Below are positions 1 through 9,116 of a stretch of 47,636 nucleotides of DNA, piece by piece (position 1 is the first letter of the stretch; each line of letters opens with the position of its first letter). Source of the DNA: Candidatus Dormiibacterota bacterium (lineage in GTDB: Bacteria > Chloroflexota > Dormibacteria > Aeolococcales > Aeolococcaceae); the NCBI GenBank assembly GCA_049287785.1, contig JBAQGL010000283.1:1-47636 (forward strand), in the 5' to 3' direction. Both the position numbers and the translations under genes were made by a program. The notes beneath the pieces are model-generated. The model was not told the origin of the DNA, searched no databases, and saw only the letters and a program-made list of their open reading frames with translations.

Positions 1-1181
1 CGGACGGCAACGATCCGGATCGCGAAGCGCAGCTGGCGCTGGTCAGCGCGCAGCTGGGATCGATGCTGTACTTCAGTGGCGAACTGGACGAGGCGCTCGA
101 CGCCGCCGAACGCGCGCTGCAGATCGCCGAGATGGTCGGCGTCCCAGATGCGTTCGTGCTGGCACTCAACACGCGCGCCAACATCCTTGCTTCCCGGGAC
201 AGGCGGGACGAAGCAGTGCTGCTGCTGGAGGGAGCGCTGCGGTTTGCAAGTACCCGAAATGTCGAAGCGGACCATCTGCAGACCATCCAGGTGAACCTCG
301 CGTCGGCGCTCGAAGAGGCCGACCGGCTCGAGGATTGCCTGGAGCACTATCAGCAGAGCGAGGTTCTCGCGCGCAGGTTGGGTGATCGCGGCGGTGCAGT
401 GTTCGCTCGACTCACGCGTTCCAACGCGCTCCTCGAGCTCGGACGCTGGGACGAATATGCGGACCTCTATCGCGAGCATCTGGAGAATGACGCACCCGAG
501 CTGAACCCAAATCTCACGGTGTCCCAAATGCTCACCGGTGTGGTCTGGCTGCAGGTGCGGCGGGGGGACGTGGAGGGTGCGCGTGCCGTCCTCGTACAGT
601 CGGCGGATTACGTCCCCAGCGGCGTTGAGCAGCGCGGGGTTCTCGATGCGGCGCGCGCTGCCCTGGCATCGGCGGAGGGCCGTTCGGCCGATGCATTGAC
701 GACAGCCGAAAGCGGTCTGCGCGCCTGCCTCGAGCAGTCGTTCCCCGTGGTCGCCTGTCTCAACCTCGTCGAGGCGGTGGACGCTGCGTTCGTGCTCCGG
801 CGAGACGAGAAGGTCGAAGAGCTCATCGAAGCGGTGCGCGCGCACTACCGGCCCGGACGCCAGCCGGCCATCGACGCGCACATCCATCGCTGGCGAGCAG
901 CGCTGGCCGGACGTCGCGGCGATGATGTCGACGCCTCAGATCACTTCGCCATGGCCCTCGAGGCGTTCGCGGCGTTGACCCGTCCCTTCTGGCTGGCGGT
1001 CACTCAGCTCGAGTTTGCCGAATGGCTACTCCTCAACGAGCGCGACAGCGAGGCAGCCGAATTGCTGATCGGCGCCCGATCGGCGTTCACGCAACTGGGC
1101 GCAGAACCATGGATCGAACGGGTCGATGCGGTGGTTCGAGCCAGGGGAACCGCGGCAGCCGTGGCGAGGCCTGCGGTATGA
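1..1181 (+). CDS. C-terminal TPR-like sensor portion of a STAND-type signalling ATPase; 5' end lies outside the window
   Basis: The frame of ORF 63..1181 stays open back to nt 3 (DGNDPDREAQLALVSAQLGSM...). Composition is helical-repeat. The last ~60 aa (FWLAVTQLEFAEWLL...LGAEPWIERVDAVV) align with the C-terminus of the 4961..8551 protein (FWAAITRLELGEWML...LGATPSIERVDAAA). Confidence 0.6.
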   Translation, partial: DGNDPDREAQLALVSAQLGSMLYFSGELDEALDAAERALQIAEMVGVPDAFVLALNTRANILASRDRRDEAVLLLEGALRFASTRNVEADHLQTIQVNLASALEEADRLEDCLEHYQQSEVLARRLGDRGGAVFARLTRSNALLELGRWDEYADLYREHLENDAPELNPNLTVSQMLTGVVWLQVRRGDVEGARAVLVQSADYVPSGVEQRGVLDAARAALASAEGRSADALTTAESGLRACLEQSFPVVACLNLVEAVDAAFVLRRDEKVEELIEAVRAHYRPGRQPAIDAHIHRWRAALAGRRGDDVDASDHFAMALEAFAALTRPFWLAVTQLEFAEWLLLNERDSEAAELLIGARSAFTQLGAEPWIERVDAVVRARGTAAAVARPAV

Positions 1182-1243
1182 CCTCGTAACGGTCCTTCAC
1201 GCACGGGTTCCGCCGTTTCGCGTGATCCCGCCATCGTCGCCGG

Positions 1244-2404
1244 TCACGTTGTCGCTATATGGAGGAGTTGACTCCCCAGGCTGGCGACCAACCACAGCCC
1301 CTCCGCACCGGGGATGAGGAGGTTCGGGTCGCCGGTGGCAGGCGGGGACGGGAGCATGGAGCGCGACGGTGCGGCACGTCCCGTGACCGGGTCGAGTGAC
1401 GTCAGGAACGACTGATTCAGCGCGTCATCGGAGTAGGCAATCCAGATGCGTCCGCCGAGCGACGCCACAGCCACGGGATACGGTCCCTCCCACAGGTTCG
1501 CGACCGCGCCATCGGCGGTGGCGATGCGTGTGACCGAGACATTCCCGTCGCCCGCGGCGCCGATGAGAAAGAGGGCGTTCGCGTCGCACGCCATCGACGC
1601 CTCGTAGTCGTTGGCAATCGTGGCAACCCTGCGGACGGAACCGCCGGTCGCCGGGAGCGCGTAAATCGTGACGTTCGAGCTCGAGGTGAGCAGGCTGGTG
1701 AGCGCCACGAACGCCAGGTTGGCGCAGACGGCGACTGCAACCTCGGGCGACAGAGTCGAGAGCGGGACGTTCAAGGTTCCGGGAAGCGTGGCGACCGCGG
1801 CGGCGCGCCCGCCGGCCAGCAGGCTGATCGCCGATTGCTGTCCCGGGTTTGCAGCGATCACCAACGCGGAGGTTCGTGCGGCGACCAGCCCTCGCGGGTC
1901 GACCACGGGGTACACGTGCACCAGGGCACCGGTGGCGATGTCGAACTGCTCGACCGTGTTCTGCTCAGGTGCGGTCCCAGGGCGACTTGCGACGCCGTTT
2001 GCCACCCACACGAAATCGCCGCCTGCGGCAACGGCCACCGGGTGGCCGCCGACGGCCCAGCTTCGGGTTGCACGTGCCGTTGACGCATCGACTCGCACGA
2101 GCACGCCCGCGCCGCCGCCGGCGATTGCGTCTGTCGCGATCCACACGACACCAGGGCTGACCGACATGGCAGCGGCCTGGCGTGGAGCGAGGTTCAGCCG
2201 CGCAGTGACGTCGAGTGGAATGGTGGCTGGCGGGGTGGGCGTGGGCAAAGCGTTGACCGTGGGGTTCGGCGACGCGGTGGGCGAGGGCAGCGCCGCCGGT
2301 CGAATCACGGCGAGGAGCAGCCCGATGACGACGATGGTGGAGGCTGCACCGGCCAGCAGCAGGACGGACCGGGACCTCGAGTTCAATCTCATCCAGAGTC
2401 CCAT
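1244..2404 (-). CDS. membrane-anchored extracytoplasmic protein, probably beta-propeller-like; function unknown
   Basis: N-terminal signal anchor (MRLNSRSRSVLLLAGAASTIVVIGLLLAV) followed by a Pro/Thr-rich linker and repetitive beta-rich segments (VWIATD, FVWVANG, RIWIAYSD). The start is uncertain: the ORF extends to a GTG at 2476, while ATGs at 2404 and 2392 sit just before the TM segment. Confidence 0.5.
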   Translation of the reverse strand: MGLWMRLNSRSRSVLLLAGAASTIVVIGLLLAVIRPAALPSPTASPNPTVNALPTPTPPATIPLDVTARLNLAPRQAAAMSVSPGVVWIATDAIAGGGAGVLVRVDASTARATRSWAVGGHPVAVAAGGDFVWVANGVASRPGTAPEQNTVEQFDIATGALVHVYPVVDPRGLVAARTSALVIAANPGQQSAISLLAGGRAAAVATLPGTLNVPLSTLSPEVAVAVCANLAFVALTSLLTSSSNVTIYALPATGGSVRRVATIANDYEASMACDANALFLIGAAGDGNVSVTRIATADGAVANLWEGPYPVAVASLGGRIWIAYSDDALNQSFLTSLDPVTGRAAPSRSMLPSPPATGDPNLLIPGAEGLWLVASLGSQLLHIATT

Positions 2405-2528
2405 CGCGGTTCCGATGCTATCCCCGGCCGGTGCACCGCCGCCGCGCTCATCGCCGCTGCTGAGCGCCTTGTGCACGACTAATCATTCGTGGTTTGCCAT
2501 TAGATAGTGGTTGGTATATCATCGGTGC

Positions 2529-3023
2529 ATGACTAAAGTTAGTGCTGAAGCTGAGATCAAGGGCGTTGTCGAGCACCCGAAGGCGGACAAGCAAACGCTG
2601 CCGCTTCTCGAGTACCTCGCCCGCGTGGGGCGTCGTGCCGTTGACGCAACGCTCGAACCAGGAGGGCTTCGGACCCGCCACCTGATCGCGCTCCGGCTGT
2701 TGAGCGAATTCGGGCCGGCCGGCCAGCAGGGGCTCGCGGACTCGCTGAGCCTGGATCCCACCAATGTGGTCGGGCTGCTCAACGAGCTCGAGGAACGCGA
2801 GCTGGTCACGCGCCGCCGCGACCCGGCCGACCGCCGCCGGCACATCGTCGCTTTGTCGCGCCGAGGCGAGGACGAGCTCTGCCTCGCCTACGCGCGGCTG
2901 CGCATCGTCGAGGACGGTTTGTTCAGTGCCCTGAGCGCGGTGGAGCGGGAGGTGCTGTACGACCTTCTGGTGCGCGCTGCGGGGGTCACGTCGCCGCCAT
3001 GTGACGCAACGGAGGAACGCTGA
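2529..3023 (+). CDS. MarR family transcriptional regulator
   Basis: Winged-helix region GLADSLSLDPTNVVGLLNELEERELVTRRRDPADRRRHIVALSRRGE is typical of MarR. Divergent from the 1244..2404 gene across a visibly AT-richer spacer. ATG at 2529 is preferred over the TTG at 2511. Confidence 0.85.
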   Translation: MTKVSAEAEIKGVVEHPKADKQTLPLLEYLARVGRRAVDATLEPGGLRTRHLIALRLLSEFGPAGQQGLADSLSLDPTNVVGLLNELEERELVTRRRDPADRRRHIVALSRRGEDELCLAYARLRIVEDGLFSALSAVEREVLYDLLVRAAGVTSPPCDATEER

Positions 3024-4159
3024 TGCCCCAGCTGACTCCGGAGCGCGAGGGACGGGAAGTGAACCCAGCGGACATCGAGTTCGGACTGGACACGTTCGTG
3101 TACGCGAGCGTCGACGAATCCGGTCGAGCCGTCGACGGTGACGTTGTCATCCGCAACACCGTCGACGAGGCAGTTCTGGCCGATGCCGTCGGTATCGACT
3201 CGTTCAACATCGCCGAGCACTACCGCCCGGAGATGATGGACTCCGCCGGGCACGTGATGCTGGCAGCGATCGCCGGCCGCACCGAGCGCATTCGGCTCGG
3301 CACCGCTGTGACCGTCCTGAGCACGCAGGATCCCGTGCGCGTGTACACCAACTTCGCCACCCTCGACGCGGTGTCGAATGGGCGAGCGCAGCTCATCGTC
3401 GGGCGAGGATCGCTCACCGAGTCCTTTCCATTGTTCGGATTCGACCTCGCCGATTACGAGGAGCTCTTCGAGGAAAAGCTCGACCTGCTCACCCGCCTCC
3501 TGCGAGACCAGCCCGTGACCTGGTCCGGCAGCTTTCGTCCGCCCCTCACCGATCAGTACCTCAGCCCGCCGCTCCCCAAGGGACATGTGCCCACATGGGT
3601 GGGAGTCGGTGGCAGTCCGCAATCGGTGATTCGTGCCGCGCGGTACGGCTTGCCACTGATGCTGGCTGTGATCGGCGGACCTGCGCGGCGATTTGCCCCG
3701 TTGGTCGACCTGTACAGGCGTGCGCTCGATGCGTACGGCCACGCGCCGCTGCCGATCGGCATGCATTCGCACGGATTCGTAGCCAGGACCGACGAGGAGG
3801 CCGTTGCGACTCAGTGGCCGTACTGGGCCGAGATCTTCGAGAGCGCGGCATCAGAGCGCGGATGGGCTCGCCCAACGATGGAGCGATTCCAGGCCGAGAT
3901 CGCAGACGGTTCGCTCTACCTTGGATCGCCGGAAACCGTGGCGGCCAAGATCGCCTCGGTGATTCGCATGCTCGGGCTCAGCAGATTTGACTGGGCGTAC
4001 GCGACCGGCCGGGTGCCCCACGAGCAGCGAATGGCCACGATCGAGCTCTATGGGCGCGAGGTGATTCCGCGCGTGAGGGAGCTGCTCTCGGAGCCCGCCG
4101 TGCAACCCGATTCGGCGAGTGAGCAGGAGACCGCGGATGTCGGAGCCGCGCGTGCCTGA
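3023..4159 (+). CDS. LLM-class (luciferase-like) flavin/F420-dependent oxidoreductase
   Basis: IAEHYRPEMMDSAGHVMLAAIAGRTERIRLGTAVTVLSTQDPVRVYTNFATLDAVSNGRAQLIVGRGS is the classic luciferase-like monooxygenase core. The start overlaps the MarR stop (ATGA-type junction at 3020..3025). Confidence 0.85.
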   Translation: MPQLTPEREGREVNPADIEFGLDTFVYASVDESGRAVDGDVVIRNTVDEAVLADAVGIDSFNIAEHYRPEMMDSAGHVMLAAIAGRTERIRLGTAVTVLSTQDPVRVYTNFATLDAVSNGRAQLIVGRGSLTESFPLFGFDLADYEELFEEKLDLLTRLLRDQPVTWSGSFRPPLTDQYLSPPLPKGHVPTWVGVGGSPQSVIRAARYGLPLMLAVIGGPARRFAPLVDLYRRALDAYGHAPLPIGMHSHGFVARTDEEAVATQWPYWAEIFESAASERGWARPTMERFQAEIADGSLYLGSPETVAAKIASVIRMLGLSRFDWAYATGRVPHEQRMATIELYGREVIPRVRELLSEPAVQPDSASEQETADVGAARA

Positions 4160-4811
4160 CGGCGCCGTCGACCGCCGTCTGGGCATCGTCGGTGCCGGGA
4201 AGATGGGTACGACAGTCGCTCGCGCGGCCATGGCCGCGGGTTACGACGTCTCCCTCTCGGGTTCGGGACAGCCGGAGCGCATCGCGCTGATTGTTGACGT
4301 GCTCGCTCCCGGCGCTCATGCGGTCACGACCGGCGAAGCGGTCGGCGTTGCCGGCCTCATCGTTCTGGCCGTTCCGATGCACCGCTTTCGCGAGCTGTCG
4401 CCGGAGCCCTTCGCCGGGAGAATCGTCGTTGATGCGATGAACTACTGGGAGGACATCGACGGCGTCGACGAGGAGCTCGCCACGGCACCGAGCGGCACAA
4501 GTGCCGTCGTGCAGCAACGGTTTCCGTCAGCGCGGGTGGTGAAGAGTCTCAACCAACTCGGCTACTACGACTTCGAGGAGAGCCGGCGCGCGCCCGGTGT
4601 GCCGGGCCGTATCGCGATGGCCGCCGCCGGCGACGACCGCGCTGCGGTCGCGGCTGTTCTGCAACTCGTCGACCGGCTGGGGTTTGACGCCGTCGACGCC
4701 GGACGGCTCGAAGCGGGGCTGGCGCTGCAGCCTGACGGTCCGGTGTTCGGTGTCCGTCACCCAGCCGGCGAGCTGTCCGAGCTCCTCTGGGCTGAGGCGT
4801 CGTCGGCGTAG
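4137..4811 (+). CDS. NADP oxidoreductase, coenzyme F420-dependent family (Npd/FNO-like)
   Basis: N-terminal Rossmann motif LGIVGAGKMGTTVARAAMAAGYDV, ~225 aa, with a C-terminal GFDAVDAGRLE segment typical of the F420_oxidored family. Overlaps the end of the LLM gene. The start could be 4119 or 4137. Confidence 0.7.
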   Translation: MSEPRVPDGAVDRRLGIVGAGKMGTTVARAAMAAGYDVSLSGSGQPERIALIVDVLAPGAHAVTTGEAVGVAGLIVLAVPMHRFRELSPEPFAGRIVVDAMNYWEDIDGVDEELATAPSGTSAVVQQRFPSARVVKSLNQLGYYDFEESRRAPGVPGRIAMAAAGDDRAAVAAVLQLVDRLGFDAVDAGRLEAGLALQPDGPVFGVRHPAGELSELLWAEASSA

Positions 4812-4960
4812 CCGGCGAGCTGAGCGCTCGTCACAGCGTCAGTGGCGAAGGCTCGGACCCTCAGAAGGTCCGGGGCTTTCCTGCTCGAGCCGCGACCCTA
4901 TTCGGCGGCGAGTACTCTTGCCCGGATGAGAAATACCGCGTGCGAGGCGAGGCCGACCGC

Positions 4961-7900
4961 ATGAGCTGCCCGACATGCGGCACCGAGAATCGCCCGGGCG
5001 CACGCTTCTGCGTCCAGTGTGGCTCGCCGTTGACCAGGGCATGTGCGTCCTGTGGAGCGGCGTACAGCGAGGGTGAACGCTTTTGCGCCGAGTGCGGGTC
5101 CGCGCTGTCGATCGGAGCGCCGGCGGCTCGCCCGGCTGCCCTGCCGAACCAGATCGATGCGACCGCTCGCAGCGCCGAACGCCGGCACGTGACAGTGCTC
5201 TTCGCGGACCTGGTCGGCTTCACGCCGCTGTCCCAGCAACGCGACGCTGAGGACGTGCGCGCACTGCTGAGCACGTATTTCGACACGGCTCGCACGATCA
5301 TCGCCCGCTATGGCGGAGAGGTCGAGAAGTTCATCGGTGACGCGGTCATGGCCGTGTGGGGGGTGCCGACCAGCAGGGAGAACGATGCCGAGCGCGCGGT
5401 GCGCGCGGCCCTCGAGCTGGTCGATGCCGTCGCCGCCTTCGGTGAAGAGGTGGGAGCGCTCGGCCTCCAGGCCCGTGCCGGGCTGATGACCGGCGAGGTT
5501 GCTGTCAATCTCGGGGCGACGGGGGAGGGGATGGTCGCGGGTGACCTCGTGAACACCGCCTCACGCGTGCAGGCCGCTGCAGAGCCGGGGACCGTGTATG
5601 TCGGAGACGGTACCCGGGTGGCGACCGAGGCGGCGATCGTGTACGAGGACACCGGCGTCCACGGGCTCAAGGGCAAACCGGAGCCGGAGCGGCTCTGGCG
5701 CGCGCAGCGCGTCGTCGCGGCGGCAGGCGGAGCGCTCCGGCCGACGGGTTTGGAACCGCCCTTCGTCGGACGCGACCGCGAGCTACGCCTGCTCAAGGAG
5801 TTCCTCCACGCGACCGGCGAGGAGCGGACAGCGCGCCTGCTCTCGATCGTCGGCCTCGCCGGCGTCGGGAAATCACGCCTCGGGTGGGAGTTCTTCAAAT
5901 ACGTGGACGGGGTCACCGAACAGATCTGGTGGCATCGTGGCCGTTGCCTCGCCTACGGCGATGGCGTCGCCTACTGGGCGCTCAGCGAGATGGTGCGGAT
6001 GCGCGCCGGCATCCTCGAGAACGAGCCTCCGGATGCCGCGCGTGAAAAGTTGCGGCGTACCGTTGAGGAGTTCGTCGAGTCCGGTGAGGAGCGGCGTTGG
6101 GTGGAACCACGACTCGCGCACCTCGTCGGTCTCGAGGAACGCGTTGCAACTGATCCCCGCGACCTGTACGCCGCGTGGCGGTTCTTCTTCGAGCGACTCG
6201 CGGCGCAGAACCTCACGGTGCTGGTCTTCGAGGACCTGCAATGGGCGGACGGCGGGCTGCTCGATTTCATCGAGTACCTGCTGGAGTGGTCGCGCAACTC
6301 GCCGATCCTGGTGGTCACGCTGGCGCGTCCCGAGATGGCGGATCGTCGCGCCGGGTGGGGCACGGGCAAGCGTGGATTCACGTCACTGTCACTCGATCCT
6401 CTGCCGCCCGAGGCGATGGCTCAATTGCTCGCGGGCATGGCCCCGGGCCTGCCCGACGATCTGAGCGCGCGAATCCTGGATCGCGCGGCAGGCGTGCCGC
6501 TCTATGCCGTTGAGACGGTGCGGATGTTGATCGACCGTGGATTGCTCGTCGCTCAGGACGGCACCTTCCACGTCGAGGGTTCGCTCGACGCGCTCGAGGT
6601 TCCGGAGACGTTGCACGCGTTGATTGCAGCACGGCTCGACAGCATCGGTGGCTCGGAGCGGCAGTTGCTCCAGGATGCGGCGGTCCTTGGCAAGTCCTTC
6701 ACGGCGGCAGGCTTGCGCGCCATCACGCAACTCCCGGCGGAGTCGGTGGAACCGTGCCTGTCGATGCTGGTCAACAAGGATCTCCTGGCGATCCAGTCCG
6801 ACCCGCGGTCACCGGAACGAGGCCAATACGTTTTCGTCCAGGATCTCGTTCGGAGCGTGGCGTATGGGACGTTGACGCGTCGCGATCGCAAGCTGCGTCA
6901 TCTGAGTGCCGCGTCGTATCTCGAAAGCTCATGGACTGAGGAGGAAGGCGTCGCGGAGGTCATCGCGTCGCATTTGCTCGAGGCGTTCGAGGCCGACCCC
7001 GAGGCTCCCGACGCGGCGGGGCTCCGGCAACGCGCCTGCGATGCCCTGGTCCGCGCTGGAGACCACGCCGCGTCGCTTGCGGCCGCGGCGTCAGCGGAGC
7101 ACTACTACGATCGTGCGCTCCAGCTCGCCGACCCCGCGGACCGGGCGACGTTGCATACGCGGGCCGGCCAGATGGCCTGGCAGCAGCTGCACACCGCAAG
7201 TGCGCGACGGCATCTCGATGAAGCCGTCGCCCTGCACACGTCGGAAGGGAGGATCGGTGCAGCCGCGCGGACATCGGTGACGCTTGCGGCCATCGATGCG
7301 CACGAAGTCAAGAGGGAGGAGGCAGCGGTTCGTATGGAGCGCGCATTCGCCGAGCTCAACGCCGTTGAGTCTGTCGCTGCGGAGCACGAGGCCGATCTCG
7401 CCGTAGTCGCAGCGGAGCTTGCACGCCGGCTTGTCCTGGCCCGCCGGAGTCTCGATGTCGCGCTCGAGCGTGTCGAGCTTGCCCTGGACACGGCGGAACG
7501 GCAGGGATATTCCGAGGTGTTCTGTGAGGCCATCAACACCAAGGGCCTGATCCTCGGACTACGCGGCCGTCGGGAGGAGGGACGAGCTCTTCTCGGTTGC
7601 GCCCTTGAACATGCCCTCGCCTCGGACAACCATCGCGCAGCGCTGCGCGCCTACAACAACATCGCCGCGGATCTGCAGGCATTGAACCCTGCGCAGGCCT
7701 TCGTGTACACAGAGAAAGGGATTGCCCTCGCACGGCTGCTTGGCCTACGACGCGAGGAGATCATGTTCACGATCGGTCAACTCCCCGTGCAAGTCGATCT
7801 CGGTCATTGGGATGCTGCCATGTCCGTGATCGCCGATGTCCTCGAGTCGACCGACGTCGAGGTGACGGATTCACTCCTCGGCGCGGAGCTCATCTATGGA

Positions 7901-8551
7901 GTTTGGGTCCATGTCTGGCGAGGCGACCTGACCAACGCACAACCTCTCGTCAAGCGATTGACCGAACTCTGTGCTCAGGCCGGCCCAGACTACAAGCTCA
8001 TCCACGATGCGGCTCGCTGCGCCGTTCTCAGGGCAGAGGGGCGTGACCGGGAGGCCCTGGACATCCTCGGTGACCGTATACGAGCGACTGACGACCTCTG
8101 GGAATACAGCGAGTCGTCACGTTGGGCATTTGTCGAGAGCGTGGAGGCCGCGTTTGCCGTCGGTGATCTCCAGGTGGTCCGTCAGCACCTTGCGAGCACA
8201 GAGACGGGTTTCTCTTCGGCACAATTCCCGCTCCTCCAGGCGCATGCGTTGCGTTTCCGTGCACGCCTGGACGCACGCGAGGGACGGGACGCCGATGTTG
8301 CGCGCACGTCCCTCGCTGCACTTGCGATGTTCGAGCAGCGCCAGATGCTTTTCTGGGCCGCGATCACGCGGTTGGAGCTCGGCGAGTGGATGCTCCAGCG
8401 CAAACGTCGCGAGGAGGCGGAGGGTCTCCTTGGGCTTGCGCGCGCGGCATTCGTCGAACTCGGCGCCACGCCATCGATTGAGCGCGTCGACGCAGCGGCA
8501 CAGGATTCCGGAGCGACCACCGTAGATCGGCGCGAGGCGTCGTCCGTATAG
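4961..8551 (+). CDS. multidomain signalling protein: double zinc ribbon + class III adenylate/guanylate cyclase + STAND/AAA P-loop ATPase + TPR-like C-terminal sensor
   Basis: CPTCGTENRPGARFCVQCG...CASCGAAYSEGERFCAECG gives two zinc ribbons. RRHVTVLFADLVGFT...GGEVEKFIGDAVMAVWG...GDLVNTASRV is the class III cyclase catalytic core with both metal Asp. LSIVGLAGVGKSRLGWEF is Walker A and LTVLVFEDLQWAD is Walker B. About 550 aa of helical repeats follow, with no C-terminal HTH. ATG 4961 has a GAGG 7 nt upstream; the ORF opens at GTG 4940. Confidence 0.85.
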   Translation: MSCPTCGTENRPGARFCVQCGSPLTRACASCGAAYSEGERFCAECGSALSIGAPAARPAALPNQIDATARSAERRHVTVLFADLVGFTPLSQQRDAEDVRALLSTYFDTARTIIARYGGEVEKFIGDAVMAVWGVPTSRENDAERAVRAALELVDAVAAFGEEVGALGLQARAGLMTGEVAVNLGATGEGMVAGDLVNTASRVQAAAEPGTVYVGDGTRVATEAAIVYEDTGVHGLKGKPEPERLWRAQRVVAAAGGALRPTGLEPPFVGRDRELRLLKEFLHATGEERTARLLSIVGLAGVGKSRLGWEFFKYVDGVTEQIWWHRGRCLAYGDGVAYWALSEMVRMRAGILENEPPDAAREKLRRTVEEFVESGEERRWVEPRLAHLVGLEERVATDPRDLYAAWRFFFERLAAQNLTVLVFEDLQWADGGLLDFIEYLLEWSRNSPILVVTLARPEMADRRAGWGTGKRGFTSLSLDPLPPEAMAQLLAGMAPGLPDDLSARILDRAAGVPLYAVETVRMLIDRGLLVAQDGTFHVEGSLDALEVPETLHALIAARLDSIGGSERQLLQDAAVLGKSFTAAGLRAITQLPAESVEPCLSMLVNKDLLAIQSDPRSPERGQYVFVQDLVRSVAYGTLTRRDRKLRHLSAASYLESSWTEEEGVAEVIASHLLEAFEADPEAPDAAGLRQRACDALVRAGDHAASLAAAASAEHYYDRALQLADPADRATLHTRAGQMAWQQLHTASARRHLDEAVALHTSEGRIGAAARTSVTLAAIDAHEVKREEAAVRMERAFAELNAVESVAAEHEADLAVVAAELARRLVLARRSLDVALERVELALDTAERQGYSEVFCEAINTKGLILGLRGRREEGRALLGCALEHALASDNHRAALRAYNNIAADLQALNPAQAFVYTEKGIALARLLGLRREEIMFTIGQLPVQVDLGHWDAAMSVIADVLESTDVEVTDSLLGAELIYGVWVHVWRGDLTNAQPLVKRLTELCAQAGPDYKLIHDAARCAVLRAEGRDREALDILGDRIRATDDLWEYSESSRWAFVESVEAAFAVGDLQVVRQHLASTETGFSSAQFPLLQAHALRFRARLDAREGRDADVARTSLAALAMFEQRQMLFWAAITRLELGEWMLQRKRREEAEGLLGLARAAFVELGATPSIERVDAAAQDSGATTVDRREASSV

Positions 8552-8723
8552 CCGGCACCGGGTTACGGCGTATAGCGCAGACGGATCCACCTATAGCCGT
8601 AGGCTTTGATCTGCATCTCAGCTAGCGCCGGATCGAGGGAACCATAGCCGCTATCGGCCATCACCTCCTCGGGCGGTTGAGTCAGCTCGAGCTGTTCGGC
8701 CACCAACACGGAACGGCTGACAC

Positions 8724-8744
8724 TTGACATTTACCATTTGGTAA
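8724..8744 (+). promoter_or_regulatory. candidate promoter -35 (TTGACA) plus perfect palindrome TTACCA-tt-TGGTAA, a likely ArsR operator
   Basis: TTGACA at 8724..8729 is immediately followed by TTACCATTTGGTAA (8731..8744, 6-2-6 inverted repeat) and a TAATAT-like element. This lies 16 nt upstream of the ArsR ATG at 8760, and no Shine-Dalgarno is visible. Confidence 0.4.
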
Positions 8745-8759
8745 TATAACCTCACGGTA

Positions 8760-9116
8760 ATGGATACCAAAGATCCTCTGAGCCGCGCCTTCTCGGCCCT
8801 CGCCGACCCCACCCGCCGGGCGATCCTCGAACGCCTCGCGGCCGGAGAGGCCGGTGTGGTCGAGCTCGCCAATGCGTCCACGCTGACGCAGCCGGCGATC
8901 ACCAAGCACCTCAAGGTGCTGGAGCGGGCCGGCCTCGTCGGCCGCGCACGCGACGGCCAGCGCCGCCCGGCGCGACTGCAGCCCGAGGGCCTGATCGTCG
9001 TGGACGACTGGCTCCGCCGCGCGCACGTCGAATGGTCCGACCGCCTCGACCGTCTCGAGGTCCACCTTGCCACCCAAACCGACTCAACCACTACAAAGGA
9101 GGCCCCCGATGCCTGA
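8760..9116 (+). CDS. ArsR/SmtB family transcriptional regulator
   Basis: FSALADPTRRAILERLAAGEAGVVELANASTLTQPAITKHLKVLERAGLV is the canonical ArsR HTH. Confidence 0.9.
   Translation: MDTKDPLSRAFSALADPTRRAILERLAAGEAGVVELANASTLTQPAITKHLKVLERAGLVGRARDGQRRPARLQPEGLIVVDDWLRRAHVEWSDRLDRLEVHLATQTDSTTTKEAPDA

Noticed and set aside
4961-8551. Annotation as a LuxR/LAL-family transcriptional regulator
   Set aside because: The C-terminus ends in TPR-like repeats (…ELGATPSIERVDAAAQDSG…) with no helix-turn-helix. Only the cyclase can serve as output.
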